Shown: positions 11,308 through 21,712, counted from the first letter of the stretch. The stretch: 64,000 bases of DNA from Bacilli bacterium (GCA_037071015.1 JBAMOY010000001.1:880847-944846); one strand, 5' to 3'. The notes: generated by a model not told the origin, from the sequence alone. Made by a program: numbers and translations.

Positions 11308-12703
11308 TGTTTTTCACATCTCCTTTACCCAATAAACGATCATATATATCACTTTGAGTTTGAATAAGATCAATTAACTCAGTTTCGGAAAGATTATGAT
11401 ATTTCTCCACCATTTTCCGTTGCCTACTACAAATAGTTTTTGATAATTCATAAATAGAAGTAAAATTATCAATTGCAATTAATAAAACAATGTCTTTCGT
11501 TAATCGCATATAAGAACAAGCAACTGTAGAACTACGATTAACATATATATTGTCATCCTTATTATCAGTCATTATTTTACTATGTTTAATACCACGTTCA
11601 TAATCATGCAATCCCTTTTCCAAATTTTCTATTAATGATTTAATACGTTTATTGATCTCAAAATTGACATCTTTTATATTAATATATGGTTGGTTTTTAT
11701 CATCTAAAAGAAATAATACTTTAGATGCTCCAACATTATTCTCCTCCTGTTTATCTAATTCAAACTGTCTTGACGTTTCCGCTGAAACCTTTAAATTGTC
11801 TTCCAAAGTATCTAAAAAAAGATTAATTAACTCCTCATCCTCTCTTGATACTTCATGATTTACAATTTTTTTCATTTCCTGCTCGATTAATTGTTTGTTT
11901 TCAATCATTTCCAAGATAATCAAAATTAACCTATCCTGAATACTTGATAAATTATCATAATCTATTGGTGTTGATTGTTCTCGGATAGCACTCATATATT
12001 GCTTTTTATATTTCAATTGATTACTATTCTGTTTTTCAATCAAATAATAGTATTTACCAATCATATCATTAACATCCGCTATTATCTTAGTATATCGCTT
12101 CTCTATTTTCAACGAAGAAACACTATCAACATCACTTTTTTTAGAATCAGATTTATTATTGACTTCTTTAGATTCATCTATAACATTATCATGTGATTGG
12201 ATCATCACTGCATTAAAGGCTTGATCACTTAATATATTCAACTTATCTTCTTCCGATAAGTCGCTCATCTCTAGCAATTTTATATAATATTCTTCATCAT
12301 AACGATCATTATTTAAAATTAAAGAGCACTGCTCTAAATTAAGTTTAATCTGATTTTGTAATTGTGATAAATCTGCTATTGTTCGCTCAAACTCATTAAT
12401 CACAGGGGAATTGATAACCTCATTAACAACATTCATAAACTGTTCAGCACTAGTGGCATTATTTTTAACAAAAAAGTCAATAATTTTAAGTTTACTATCT
12501 AAACTATTATCAATTCTCACTAAAACATCTTTATTTTTTAATATAAAGACGTAATCTTTTTCACGTTTAATTGTATCAATAATAACTTTAAAAGATAATT
12601 GTTGTTCAATTTCTATCAGCTTATTATTTAATTTAGATTGATATTCTGTGACATAATCGCGAAATCTTTGTAATGCTTCAATTGCTTGTCCTTTAACATA
12701 CAT
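11297..12703 (-). CDS. hypothetical coiled-coil protein (468 aa), first gene of the four-gene operon
   Basis: Highly charged, heptad-rich sequence. GGTGGTGAG RBS and an extended -10 (TGaTATAAT) promoter at about 12725-12760. Confidence 0.5.
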   Translation of the reverse strand: MYVKGQAIEALQRFRDYVTEYQSKLNNKLIEIEQQLSFKVIIDTIKREKDYVFILKNKDVLVRIDNSLDSKLKIIDFFVKNNATSAEQFMNVVNEVINSPVINEFERTIADLSQLQNQIKLNLEQCSLILNNDRYDEEYYIKLLEMSDLSEEDKLNILSDQAFNAVMIQSHDNVIDESKEVNNKSDSKKSDVDSVSSLKIEKRYTKIIADVNDMIGKYYYLIEKQNSNQLKYKKQYMSAIREQSTPIDYDNLSSIQDRLILIILEMIENKQLIEQEMKKIVNHEVSREDEELINLFLDTLEDNLKVSAETSRQFELDKQEENNVGASKVLFLLDDKNQPYINIKDVNFEINKRIKSLIENLEKGLHDYERGIKHSKIMTDNKDDNIYVNRSSTVACSYMRLTKDIVLLIAIDNFTSIYELSKTICSRQRKMVEKYHNLSETELIDLIQTQSDIYDRLLGKGDVKNNVK

Positions 12704-12860
12704 TTATATCTCACCACCATATGATAATATTATATCATAAAAAAGCATTTTTAATATTAACAAATTAAATATCTTAATATTATAAATCAATAACAGATAA
12801 TCCATTTCCCCAATCATTATATAAATTAACTTTTTCCTAATAACTTAACTTTTTCATAAC

Positions 12861-12894
12861 AAAAAATCTCGTTTCTATATCCAAGAAATGAGAT
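12861..12894 (-). terminator. intrinsic terminator after serS
   Basis: Minus-strand hairpin AUCUCAUUUC..GAAACGAGAU (9/10 bp) followed by UUUUUU. Confidence 0.45.
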
Positions 12895-12915
12895 TTATAT
12901 TATTTTAAAGTCTTT

Positions 12916-14202
12916 TTATTTTAGGGGCTTAATTATCTCTTTACCACCCATATATGGTTGTAAAGCTTTCGGGATATTGACACTGCCATCAGCATTTAAA
13001 TTATTTTCTAATAAAGCAATTAAAGCTCGCGTAGAAGCTAAAACAGTATTATTAAGTGTATGAGGATAATAATTACCATTTTCACCCTTAGCTCTAATAC
13101 CTAAACGACGAGATTGAGCATCGCCTAACGTTGAACAAGAACACACTTCAAAATATTTTTGTTGACGTGGGCTCCAAGCTTCGATATCGCATGATTTTAC
13201 TTTTAAATCAGCTAAATCACCTGAACAGCATTCTAAAGTGCGAACAGGAATATCTAAGCTTCTAAATAATTCAACTGAATAGTTCCACATTTTATTGTAC
13301 CAATCAAATGAGTCCTCTGGTTTACAAATGACAACCATCTCTTGTTTTTCAAATTGGTGTACACGGTAAATACCTCTTTCTTCAATACCATGGGCACCAA
13401 CTTCTTTTCTAAAACATGGAGAATAAGAAGTCAACGTTAAAGGTAGATTACTCTCTTTAATAATTTGGTCTTTAAATTTTCCAATCATTGAATGTTCACT
13501 AGTTCCGATCAAATATAAATCTTCACCTTCGATTTTATACATCATCGCATCCATTTCTGCAAATGACATTACGCCAGTTACAACATCACTTCTAATCATA
13601 AATGGTGGAATACAATAAGTAAATCCTTTATTAATCATAAAATCACGTGCATAACTAAGCATCGCAGAAGAAAGTCTAGCAGCATCTCCCATTAAATAAT
13701 AAAAACCATTACCACTAGTTCGCCCAGAACTTTCTTTATCCAAACCATTAAAACTCTCTAAAATATCAGCATGATAGGGTATTTCATATTCAGGAACTCT
13801 CGGTTCACCAAATCTTTGAATTTCGACATTTTCACTATCATCTTTTCCAATTGGCACACTGTCATCTATAATATTAGGAATCAACATCATTTTGTCTTTA
13901 ATATCGCGAGCTAATTTTTCTTCCTCTTCACCTAATTCCTTAATTTTATCATTATAAGAAGAAATTTCATCTTTTAAAGCATTGGCCTCATCAAATTTTT
14001 TATCACGCATAAGTGAACCGATTTCACTACTTTTACTATTTTTTAAATTTCTTAGATTATCTCCTTCTAATTTAATAGCTCGATACTTTTGATCTAAAGC
14101 CTCAATCTCATCCACTAATCCTATTTTTTCATCTTGAAATTTTTTTCGAATATTTTCTTTAACTGATTCTTTATTTTCTCTAATTAATCTTATATCAATC
14201 AT
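12916..14202 (-). CDS. serS: seryl-tRNA synthetase
   Basis: N-terminal coiled-coil arm plus class II core with FRKEVGAHG..YRVHQFEKQEMV motif 2/3 signatures. The ATGA start/stop overlap with the upstream MurD-like gene. Confidence 0.9.
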   Translation of the reverse strand: MIDIRLIRENKESVKENIRKKFQDEKIGLVDEIEALDQKYRAIKLEGDNLRNLKNSKSSEIGSLMRDKKFDEANALKDEISSYNDKIKELGEEEEKLARDIKDKMMLIPNIIDDSVPIGKDDSENVEIQRFGEPRVPEYEIPYHADILESFNGLDKESSGRTSGNGFYYLMGDAARLSSAMLSYARDFMINKGFTYCIPPFMIRSDVVTGVMSFAEMDAMMYKIEGEDLYLIGTSEHSMIGKFKDQIIKESNLPLTLTSYSPCFRKEVGAHGIEERGIYRVHQFEKQEMVVICKPEDSFDWYNKMWNYSVELFRSLDIPVRTLECCSGDLADLKVKSCDIEAWSPRQQKYFEVCSCSTLGDAQSRRLGIRAKGENGNYYPHTLNNTVLASTRALIALLENNLNADGSVNIPKALQPYMGGKEIIKPLK

Positions 14203-15584
14203 AAGTCCTCCTCATTTTCTTTAACTAATTTTTTATATTGCTTACCTTTTTCTTCGAAGTTTTTAAAAGCATTGTAACTTGGCGCAGCCGGACTAAGTAA
14301 ACAAATTTTACCTTTTTTAGTATATTTTTTAGCCAACAATACTGCTTCTTTTAAATCATCAACATAATAAAGTTTATTATTTGTACCATAAGTTTCTATT
14401 TTATGACCTATCGAATAACCTGTATCTTTCATCGCAATTAAATTTTTTACATTACTTTGGGCCAAAAAAGCAATTAAACTATCATAATTAATTCCCCTAT
14501 CCATACCACCAAAAATCAATGTATCTACTTCTTTTAGCGTTTTAATTGCATTTATAGTCGCTTCCGGAATCGTCGCAATCGCATCATTATAATAAATAAC
14601 GCTATCATAAGTACCCACTAATTCTAAACGGTGTTCTAAGCCTTTAAAACCATTGATAGTTTGAATTGTTTTGTCATTGTCTAAATTAAAAAGATCACTA
14701 ATTGTTAAAGCAAACATAATATCAATTAAATTATGATCACCAAGCAAATAACGTTCTTCATGCAAATCATATACCTTTTTACTTTTTGTACCTTGCTTAA
14801 TATATACGTAATCGCTATCCCGGTATGTATTAACTTCCTCCTTAACCGATAAGGCTAATAATTCACTTAAATAACAATTATTTTCTATATAATTATTCAA
14901 AGTATCATTATCTTTTAAATATAGTGCATAATCGGAGGCTTGCTGATACTTGAACATATTAAGTTTGGCTCCATAATATCTATTTAAAGAACCAAAATGA
15001 TCTAGATGTTCTTCAAACAAATTTAAAATAATTCCGTATTTAGGAGATGTTTTAATAAATTCTAATTGATGAGCAGACATTTCAATCACTAAAATACTAT
15101 TTTCAGTAAACTTATGAGCATAGTCTAAAAGTGGAATACCAATGTTACCTAATAAATATGCATCATACCCTTGATCTTTAAAAATCCTATATATAAGCGA
15201 GGTAGTCGTACTTTTACCTTTAGTTCCCGTAATACCAATACATTTATCCCTAAAGATTTCTAAAATTAATTCCAATTGTGATGTTATTCGATCCTGAAAT
15301 AATGTGATATCGCAATTTTTTAATGAAATCCCTGGTGTTTTGATAATTAAGTCATAAATAGCTAAATTGTCGAGATAGTTTGAACCTAAAACTAGATTGA
15401 CATTATTATCTTTAAGTAGATAATCATGATTATCTAATAATTTCTCATTACCATCAATAATCGTTAAATCACATTCTATGTTATTCTTTTTTATAAAGTT
15501 ATAAGTTGATACACCTTCTCTACCAAAACCTAAAATAGCAATCTTTTTATTTTTCAGCTTTTGAATAATCTTCTGATACATCAT
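14199..15584 (-). CDS. MurD-family UDP-N-acetylmuramoyl-L-alanine--glutamate ligase paralogue
   Basis: KIAILGFGREG Rossmann N-domain, GITGTKGKSTTTSLIYRIF P-loop, and a C-terminal LLSPAAPSYNAFKNFEEKG matching the MurD C-domain. It sits outside any dcw cluster and overlaps the upstream PP-loop gene by 38 nt. Strong GGAGG RBS. Confidence 0.75.
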   Translation of the reverse strand: MMYQKIIQKLKNKKIAILGFGREGVSTYNFIKKNNIECDLTIIDGNEKLLDNHDYLLKDNNVNLVLGSNYLDNLAIYDLIIKTPGISLKNCDITLFQDRITSQLELILEIFRDKCIGITGTKGKSTTTSLIYRIFKDQGYDAYLLGNIGIPLLDYAHKFTENSILVIEMSAHQLEFIKTSPKYGIILNLFEEHLDHFGSLNRYYGAKLNMFKYQQASDYALYLKDNDTLNNYIENNCYLSELLALSVKEEVNTYRDSDYVYIKQGTKSKKVYDLHEERYLLGDHNLIDIMFALTISDLFNLDNDKTIQTINGFKGLEHRLELVGTYDSVIYYNDAIATIPEATINAIKTLKEVDTLIFGGMDRGINYDSLIAFLAQSNVKNLIAMKDTGYSIGHKIETYGTNNKLYYVDDLKEAVLLAKKYTKKGKICLLSPAAPSYNAFKNFEEKGKQYKKLVKENEEDL

Positions 15585-16941
15585 TCAACGACCTCCTTAC
15601 AATTTTAGCAAACAAATCATCTAAATTGTTTTCTTCGTTATAATTTAATAAAAGATTACTTTCTAGTTTTTCTGAATAATAATTATCATAATAATAATTT
15701 AACAGAAATGGTAATGAAGAACCCTGTTTCAAAATCTTTTTAATAGTCAAATTAACGGCATATCTCACTTCTGAATAAGTACCTACACATTCAAACGGTT
15801 TCGTCTTGGCATAACCTAATAATTCTAAAAAAGTAGTTAATAAAGTATCTTTAGTAAATAAATCATCCTTAAAGATAGTCACTAACTTATCTCGATATAG
15901 AAATGGACTCAAAATGATATAAACAAATAAACATTTAGGGCAATTCCCACACCAATTCCAAGGTTCCGTTTTACTACCGACATTGCAGCTTTTAAAAATT
16001 GCATGATATTTTTCATATTTAGAGAAGAACATCGCGATTTGTAACTCATTTAAAGGGCGAAGTAAACTAAAATACTTTATATCAATATTAAAATAAGTTT
16101 TTGTATAATTGTTAAAATCATTTTCAAATTCATAAGTCTTAGAATACTGATGATTAACCTTCGTTCCTAAAACAGTCGGTTCATTGGCACTCGATTCATT
16201 AGATAGAACAATATATTTTTTATCTGTTAAATAAGCTACCAGATAAGATAGAAAAGCCACTAGTGACGAAAATGGTGTATGTCCATTTAAATAACCCTCT
16301 TGATTTAATCTTATTAATTTTTTATCTATCTGTCTAATAACACCCACTGTTTTATCCTCATCATACCCAGCTGCTTGGGAACAAGCTAGAGTCACAGTCT
16401 TAGGATTAATAATAAACGTTGTATTATCATCATATAAATCTTTTAACAATTCCAAAGTTACAACGGAGTCCTTTCCCCCACCAATCGCAATCAAGTTTCC
16501 TTGACCCTGATAGTTTAAAATAAATTTTTCAGGTTTGCTACCAACCACTTTAATATGCATAAAATTATCTATATCAGTAGCAATATCATTAACATAGAAA
16601 AACTCACCTAAACCATAAAAATACAACTTTTTAAACCAATCTATTTGTGTTTTATCTAAATAACCAGCTTCAATTATGACATTGGGACTACAAGTGCATT
16701 TCCAATAACTGATTAATTCAATTAAACCTATATGAAAAACTAAAAAGTCGATAAACTTTTTGTTTTTATCTTGCAAATTAATGACCTTTAAAGGAATTTT
16801 CGTCACAGGATTAAAAGTTACTAATCCTGTAATTTCATAATGATATTCAATCACCATATCTTCATTATCATAACTGACATCATAACCCCGGTAAATGAAA
16901 TTTGGAAATTTCGATCTTAAATTTTCAAATTTATTATCCAT
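15547..16941 (-). CDS. PP-loop ATP pyrophosphatase superfamily protein with a C-terminal Cys cluster (possible MurL-like epimerase)
   Basis: Central AIGGGKDSVV PP-loop motif and a C-terminal WCGNCPKC cluster. The probable start is ATG 16941 (MDNKFENL) rather than the track's 16983. Confidence 0.5.
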   Translation of the reverse strand: MDNKFENLRSKFPNFIYRGYDVSYDNEDMVIEYHYEITGLVTFNPVTKIPLKVINLQDKNKKFIDFLVFHIGLIELISYWKCTCSPNVIIEAGYLDKTQIDWFKKLYFYGLGEFFYVNDIATDIDNFMHIKVVGSKPEKFILNYQGQGNLIAIGGGKDSVVTLELLKDLYDDNTTFIINPKTVTLACSQAAGYDEDKTVGVIRQIDKKLIRLNQEGYLNGHTPFSSLVAFLSYLVAYLTDKKYIVLSNESSANEPTVLGTKVNHQYSKTYEFENDFNNYTKTYFNIDIKYFSLLRPLNELQIAMFFSKYEKYHAIFKSCNVGSKTEPWNWCGNCPKCLFVYIILSPFLYRDKLVTIFKDDLFTKDTLLTTFLELLGYAKTKPFECVGTYSEVRYAVNLTIKKILKQGSSLPFLLNYYYDNYYSEKLESNLLLNYNEENNLDDLFAKIVRRSLNDVSEDYSKAEK

Positions 16942-16953
16942 AAATTCACCCTT

Positions 16954-17125
16954 TCTACAACAAAAGACTACCATTAGGAGCAAAAATTATCGCGGTACCA
17001 TCCTAACAATAGTCTTAATTTACGATAACGGTTTTACAACCGGAAATGTTTACATTTCACTCCAGAATAGATTCATAAATAATTAATGTTAATTTTCACC
17101 ACCCATTAACTCTCTGCTAAATAAT
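16954..17125 (-). promoter_or_regulatory. T-box riboswitch leader (probably Ser-specific) in front of the PP-loop/MurD-like/serS operon
   Basis: Minus-strand AGAGAG K-turn start of Stem I (plus 17110-17115), conserved T-box AGGAUGGUACCGCG (plus 16991-17003), a 14-bp terminator helix GACUAUUGUUAGGA/UCCUAAUGGUAGUC followed by a U-run. Candidate specifier UCU-A. A TATAAT -10 at about 17130. Confidence 0.65.
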
Positions 17126-17149
17126 TATATTTACTACTTATTTCTTTCA

Positions 17150-18214
17150 TCATTTTATACTATTAATCTGTTCATTGTTTCGATAATCGCCAATTCGATC
17201 CAAATCGGCAATTAAAAAGGCCTTATCTATATGCTGCATCGTCGCCTGCAGTAAAGAGTTCCTAATTGTTTCATCCTTCTGACTTAAAATAAAAGAACGA
17301 CATAGGAAAATTAAAACATCCTTATCTAAATCAGCAATTACTTGACGAACATTATTATTGTCAACACCTTCTTTAATTAAATTCGTAAGAATTCTATTTA
17401 AAGCAGCAATGTCAACTGGTGTTAAACCATAAAAACTCATTTTCTTTAAATCATTTTCGTTTTGACAAAAGCAATCTAAACGAATAGCATTTTTAAGTAT
17501 CTCAGAGAAAATCTCTTCTGGACTAACCTTCGATATTTTATCACGCAAGGGATTTTCCTCGTTTAGTGGTGTATTCGTTATGTAACTATAATTACCATGA
17601 ATTAATTCATTTAAAATTACTATCATCTGATTATCACTATATGGCTGATTATTACCTTTAATCTGTGTTTTAAATAATGCTTCATTTAATAATAATAAAT
17701 TATTGTGTGAACGATAACGATTAAGTCCACCATCGCTACTTTGCTGACTAGTTTCTTTCTCCTCTTGTTCATTAACTACAGTATGAGAAACTTCAGGTCC
17801 GCTAACCGCAAAATAGAAATTTGGATTTTTATAAACCTCAATCACATTTTCAATTAATGCTTCAGCAAAAGATGGATTAACAGACATAAGTCGCTTAATT
17901 TCTGTATTATTTAAAATTTCACAAAAATAACGAACATCATCCAAACTCAAATTATCATCATAAAAACCTTTATCAGAACCTAATTGACGAGCCCAACCAT
18001 TAACCTGAGCAGTATCAACATAGACATTAATTGTCTCTAACAAAATTTTTACTAATTCACGATTATCAAAGGAATATTGATCGGTAAAATAGTATTTCAT
18101 TTCACCATTATAAATAGATATCAATTCATTTTTAATCGCAACGACATCAGGATCATGACTAACAATAACTTCAAATACTTTTTGAAAAATAATATTAGGC
18201 TCCATAGTTATCAC
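17150..18214 (-). CDS. hypothetical protein (354 aa)
   Basis: Clean ORF, no recognised motif. Confidence 0.45.
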   Translation of the reverse strand: MITMEPNIIFQKVFEVIVSHDPDVVAIKNELISIYNGEMKYYFTDQYSFDNRELVKILLETINVYVDTAQVNGWARQLGSDKGFYDDNLSLDDVRYFCEILNNTEIKRLMSVNPSFAEALIENVIEVYKNPNFYFAVSGPEVSHTVVNEQEEKETSQQSSDGGLNRYRSHNNLLLLNEALFKTQIKGNNQPYSDNQMIVILNELIHGNYSYITNTPLNEENPLRDKISKVSPEEIFSEILKNAIRLDCFCQNENDLKKMSFYGLTPVDIAALNRILTNLIKEGVDNNNVRQVIADLDKDVLIFLCRSFILSQKDETIRNSLLQATMQHIDKAFLIADLDRIGDYRNNEQINSIK

Positions 18215-18251
18215 CTAATATTATTATACTTAAATTACCATGATTTAGCAA

Positions 18252-19139
18252 CTAATTTGTATAAGGATTAATATGAATTGTCACATATCTAATACGCGGT
18301 TCTGCTAATTTAACCTGTTCTTCAATCATTTCTAAGAGTGAATGAGCATGTGCAAGAGTCAGCTCCCCATTCATCGCTACTTCTCCAATCAATTTATAAT
18401 ATGAACCAAATTTCAACAAAACTAGTGAATCAATACTTTTTACCTCATCTGTCTGTTTAATAATACTGTTGATTTTATCTAAATAATCTTTATTTGTTTC
18501 TTGTTCACCTAAAATATCACTTATATTTTCCGATAAAATATCAAACCCAACCTTAATGATAAAAAGGCCAACGATAACAGAAGCAATAAGGTCAGCATAG
18601 TTAAATACTTTCATATTTAGTTGCATCAAAATTACCGATACTAACACGATAACCGAACTAATAACATCAGCACGACTTTCCTTGCCACTAGCAATCAAAA
18701 TATTATTATTTATTTTAAAACCTTCTCTTAAAATATAATTTGATAAAATTAATTTAGCTATAATAGTAAATAAGCTTACAAAAATAATTAAAACATTAGG
18801 GACAATTACACCACGATTTACTGACGACGAAATAATTCCTAGCCCTAAAACAATAATAACAAAACCAATAAAAATACTCGTTAAATATTCTAATTTTCCA
18901 TGACCATAAGGATGTTTACGGTCAGCTGGTTTACGGGCAAAAAAGTCACCTAACATTGCTACTATATCCGTCGATAAGTCACTAAAAGAGTGAATACCGT
19001 CAGCAATCAACGCACTAGAATGCCCAATACAACCAAAAATAATTTTTATTAAAGATAAAAAGCTATTAGTTATAAAACTAATAACCATAACTGTCGTCAC
19101 CTTAGACATAATATACCCCTTTACTTTACATCGTACCAA
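18252..19139 (-). CDS. cation diffusion facilitator (CDF) family metal efflux transporter
   Basis: ADGIHSFSDLSTDIVAMLG signature in TM2, six TM helices, and a C-terminal cytoplasmic domain. The true start may be the internal MSKVTTV. Confidence 0.8.
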   Translation of the reverse strand: MVRCKVKGYIMSKVTTVMVISFITNSFLSLIKIIFGCIGHSSALIADGIHSFSDLSTDIVAMLGDFFARKPADRKHPYGHGKLEYLTSIFIGFVIIVLGLGIISSSVNRGVIVPNVLIIFVSLFTIIAKLILSNYILREGFKINNNILIASGKESRADVISSVIVLVSVILMQLNMKVFNYADLIASVIVGLFIIKVGFDILSENISDILGEQETNKDYLDKINSIIKQTDEVKSIDSLVLLKFGSYYKLIGEVAMNGELTLAHAHSLLEMIEEQVKLAEPRIRYVTIHINPYTN

Positions 19140-21712
19140 TTAACACCATATTCGATATCAATATCAAGTGGCACCTTAAGTTTATATGCACCAGTCATAA
19201 CCTCTTGCATTGTAGCCATAACTTGCTCCTTTTCTTCAAGTAGCGCATCAACAACTAATTCATCATGAACTTGTAAAATTAACTTACTTTTTAAATTCTT
19301 TTCCTTAAAAGCACGATCTAAATCAATCATCGCTTTTTTAATGATATCAGCACTCGTACCTTGAATTGGTGTATTTAAAGCCATACGCTCCCCTTGCTGA
19401 CGAATCATATAATTTTTATTACTTAATTCTGGAATATTGCGCTTACGTTGCATCAAAGTTCTAACATAACCATCTTGATAAGCTTTAGCAATCGTTTCAT
19501 CCATATAAGCTTTAATCCCCGGATATGTTTCTAAATAATGATCAATGAAACTTTTAGCCTCCTTAGGCGTTATATCCAAATTTTCTGATAAGCCAAAACT
19601 ACTAATACCATAAATAATACCAAAATTAACAGCTTTAGCAATTCTTCTTTGTTCTTTACTAACTTCTGTAACAGGGCAATTAAAAATATCACTAGCAGTT
19701 TTAGCATGGATATCAATCCCATCCTTAAAAGCATTAATCAAAGATTCAATATTAGCCATTGAAGCTAAAATACGCAGTTCAATTTGAGAATAATCGCCAC
19801 TAATTATAATAGAATCAGCACTAGGAATAAATGCTTTTCTAATTAACTTACCTTCTTCGTAACGCATCGGAATATTTTGTAAATTAGGTTCAATTGATGA
19901 TAAACGACCAGTTCTCGTTAAAGTTTGCGTATATATTGTATGAATCTTACCATCATCTAAAACGGCATTAAGTAATCCTTCAACATAAGTAGAATGTAAC
20001 TTAGTAAGCATACGATATTCGATAATTTTATCAATTATCGGATGGACACCTTTTAGTTTGTTTAAAACATCAATAGCTGTTGAATATCCATTTTGTGATT
20101 TCTTACCATGAGGTAATCCCAATTTTTCAAACAAGATAACACCTAATTGCTTTGGTGAAGAAATGTTAAATTCTTCCCCAGCATCAGCATAAATATCAAC
20201 TTTTAAGGTTGCAATTTTTCCGTCAATGTCACTCCCCATTTTTAATAACTCATCCTTGCTTAAACTGACACCATTATATTCCATATCACCTAAAACTCGA
20301 CTCAGAGGTAACTCAATATTTTTAAATAAATTTAGCAAATCTTCATCAGCCAACTTATTAAAAAAATCACTCTTCGTTTCATAGATAAATTTAGCCTTCA
20401 TGATAGCACTTTCAGCAATAACATCAATACTAGGTTCACTTAATTTACTCTTTCCATAAACACTATCATAAAAAGGAATATCATAACCATAATTATTAGC
20501 TAAATAAGCGATATCATCTTTGACATTATAATCCAATAAATAAGCAGCAATTTCCGTATCAAAAGTAACATTTTCCAACATAATACCATGCCACTTCAAA
20601 ACCACATATAATTTTTTTAAATCATAAGTATATTTAATATTCTTACCCAAATCAGGATTCTTCATAAAATTATCAAAAGTAATAAAAAAACTTACCTTAT
20701 CGTTATAAAAAGATAAACCTAAGGGTTTAGCTGTATGATAATTATTACCCAATATTTCTAAATAAACAGCATAATCACCATCTAATTTAATCTTATTCAT
20801 ATTATCAATAATATTGACTGTGATGACTTCCTTCTCCTTAGGAATATCATCTTTTTTCAAAAATGAATAAAATTCTAATTCCTCATATAGGGCATTTAAC
20901 TTTTGATGGTCTTTAGCTTTATACTTAATGTCATCTAAAGTAATATCCATGGGTACATCCCTAACAATCGTTGCTAAATCATAACTCTTATATGCATTAT
21001 CTTTATCTAATAATAACTTTTCTTTTATTTTTCCTTTAATATCGTCAATATGCTGATAGATATTATCTAATGTTTTATACTCCTGTAATAATTTAAGTGC
21101 AGTTTTTTCACCAATACCTTTAACACCTGGTATATTATCAGAGGCATCTCCCATTAAGGCTTTTAAATCTATAATATTAATCGGTTCAATTCCATAATTC
21201 TCTTTAAAACTTTCTACATTATATCGAATGTAATCTTTCTGTTTTAAAAGTTTAATATCTACATCAGAAGAAATCAGTTGTAATAAATCTTTATCACTAC
21301 TAATAATAGTTCCAATGAAATCCGGTTCATCATCACAATATTGAGCAAATGTTCCAATAATGTCATCAGCCTCATAATTATCTATCTCATAATATTTAAT
21401 CCCCATATAGGTCAATAATTCTTTAGCAATTGGAAACTGCACCTTTAATTCATCAGGTGTTTCAATTCTTCCACCCTTATAATCTTCATATTTGTCATGG
21501 CGAAAAGTTTTTCCTTTATCAAAAGCGACAATAATATAATTAGGTTTTTCTTCTAAAATGATCTTATTCATCATATTAGTAAAACCAAATAAAGCATTCG
21601 TCGGAAAGTTCTTACTATTTTTCATGAAATTGCCATTATACGCAGTAGCATAATAACTACGAAATAATAAATTATTACCATCAACTAAAACAATTTTATT
21701 CATATCCATCAT
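19121..21712 (-). CDS. polA: DNA polymerase I
   Basis: N-terminal 5'-3' exonuclease domain (VLVDGNNLLFRSYY) and C-terminal polymerase motifs (RRIAKAVNFGIIYG, LQVHDELVV). Confidence 0.9.
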   Translation of the reverse strand: MMDMNKIVLVDGNNLLFRSYYATAYNGNFMKNSKNFPTNALFGFTNMMNKIILEEKPNYIIVAFDKGKTFRHDKYEDYKGGRIETPDELKVQFPIAKELLTYMGIKYYEIDNYEADDIIGTFAQYCDDEPDFIGTIISSDKDLLQLISSDVDIKLLKQKDYIRYNVESFKENYGIEPINIIDLKALMGDASDNIPGVKGIGEKTALKLLQEYKTLDNIYQHIDDIKGKIKEKLLLDKDNAYKSYDLATIVRDVPMDITLDDIKYKAKDHQKLNALYEELEFYSFLKKDDIPKEKEVITVNIIDNMNKIKLDGDYAVYLEILGNNYHTAKPLGLSFYNDKVSFFITFDNFMKNPDLGKNIKYTYDLKKLYVVLKWHGIMLENVTFDTEIAAYLLDYNVKDDIAYLANNYGYDIPFYDSVYGKSKLSEPSIDVIAESAIMKAKFIYETKSDFFNKLADEDLLNLFKNIELPLSRVLGDMEYNGVSLSKDELLKMGSDIDGKIATLKVDIYADAGEEFNISSPKQLGVILFEKLGLPHGKKSQNGYSTAIDVLNKLKGVHPIIDKIIEYRMLTKLHSTYVEGLLNAVLDDGKIHTIYTQTLTRTGRLSSIEPNLQNIPMRYEEGKLIRKAFIPSADSIIISGDYSQIELRILASMANIESLINAFKDGIDIHAKTASDIFNCPVTEVSKEQRRIAKAVNFGIIYGISSFGLSENLDITPKEAKSFIDHYLETYPGIKAYMDETIAKAYQDGYVRTLMQRKRNIPELSNKNYMIRQQGERMALNTPIQGTSADIIKKAMIDLDRAFKEKNLKSKLILQVHDELVVDALLEEKEQVMATMQEVMTGAYKLKVPLDIDIEYGVNWYDVK

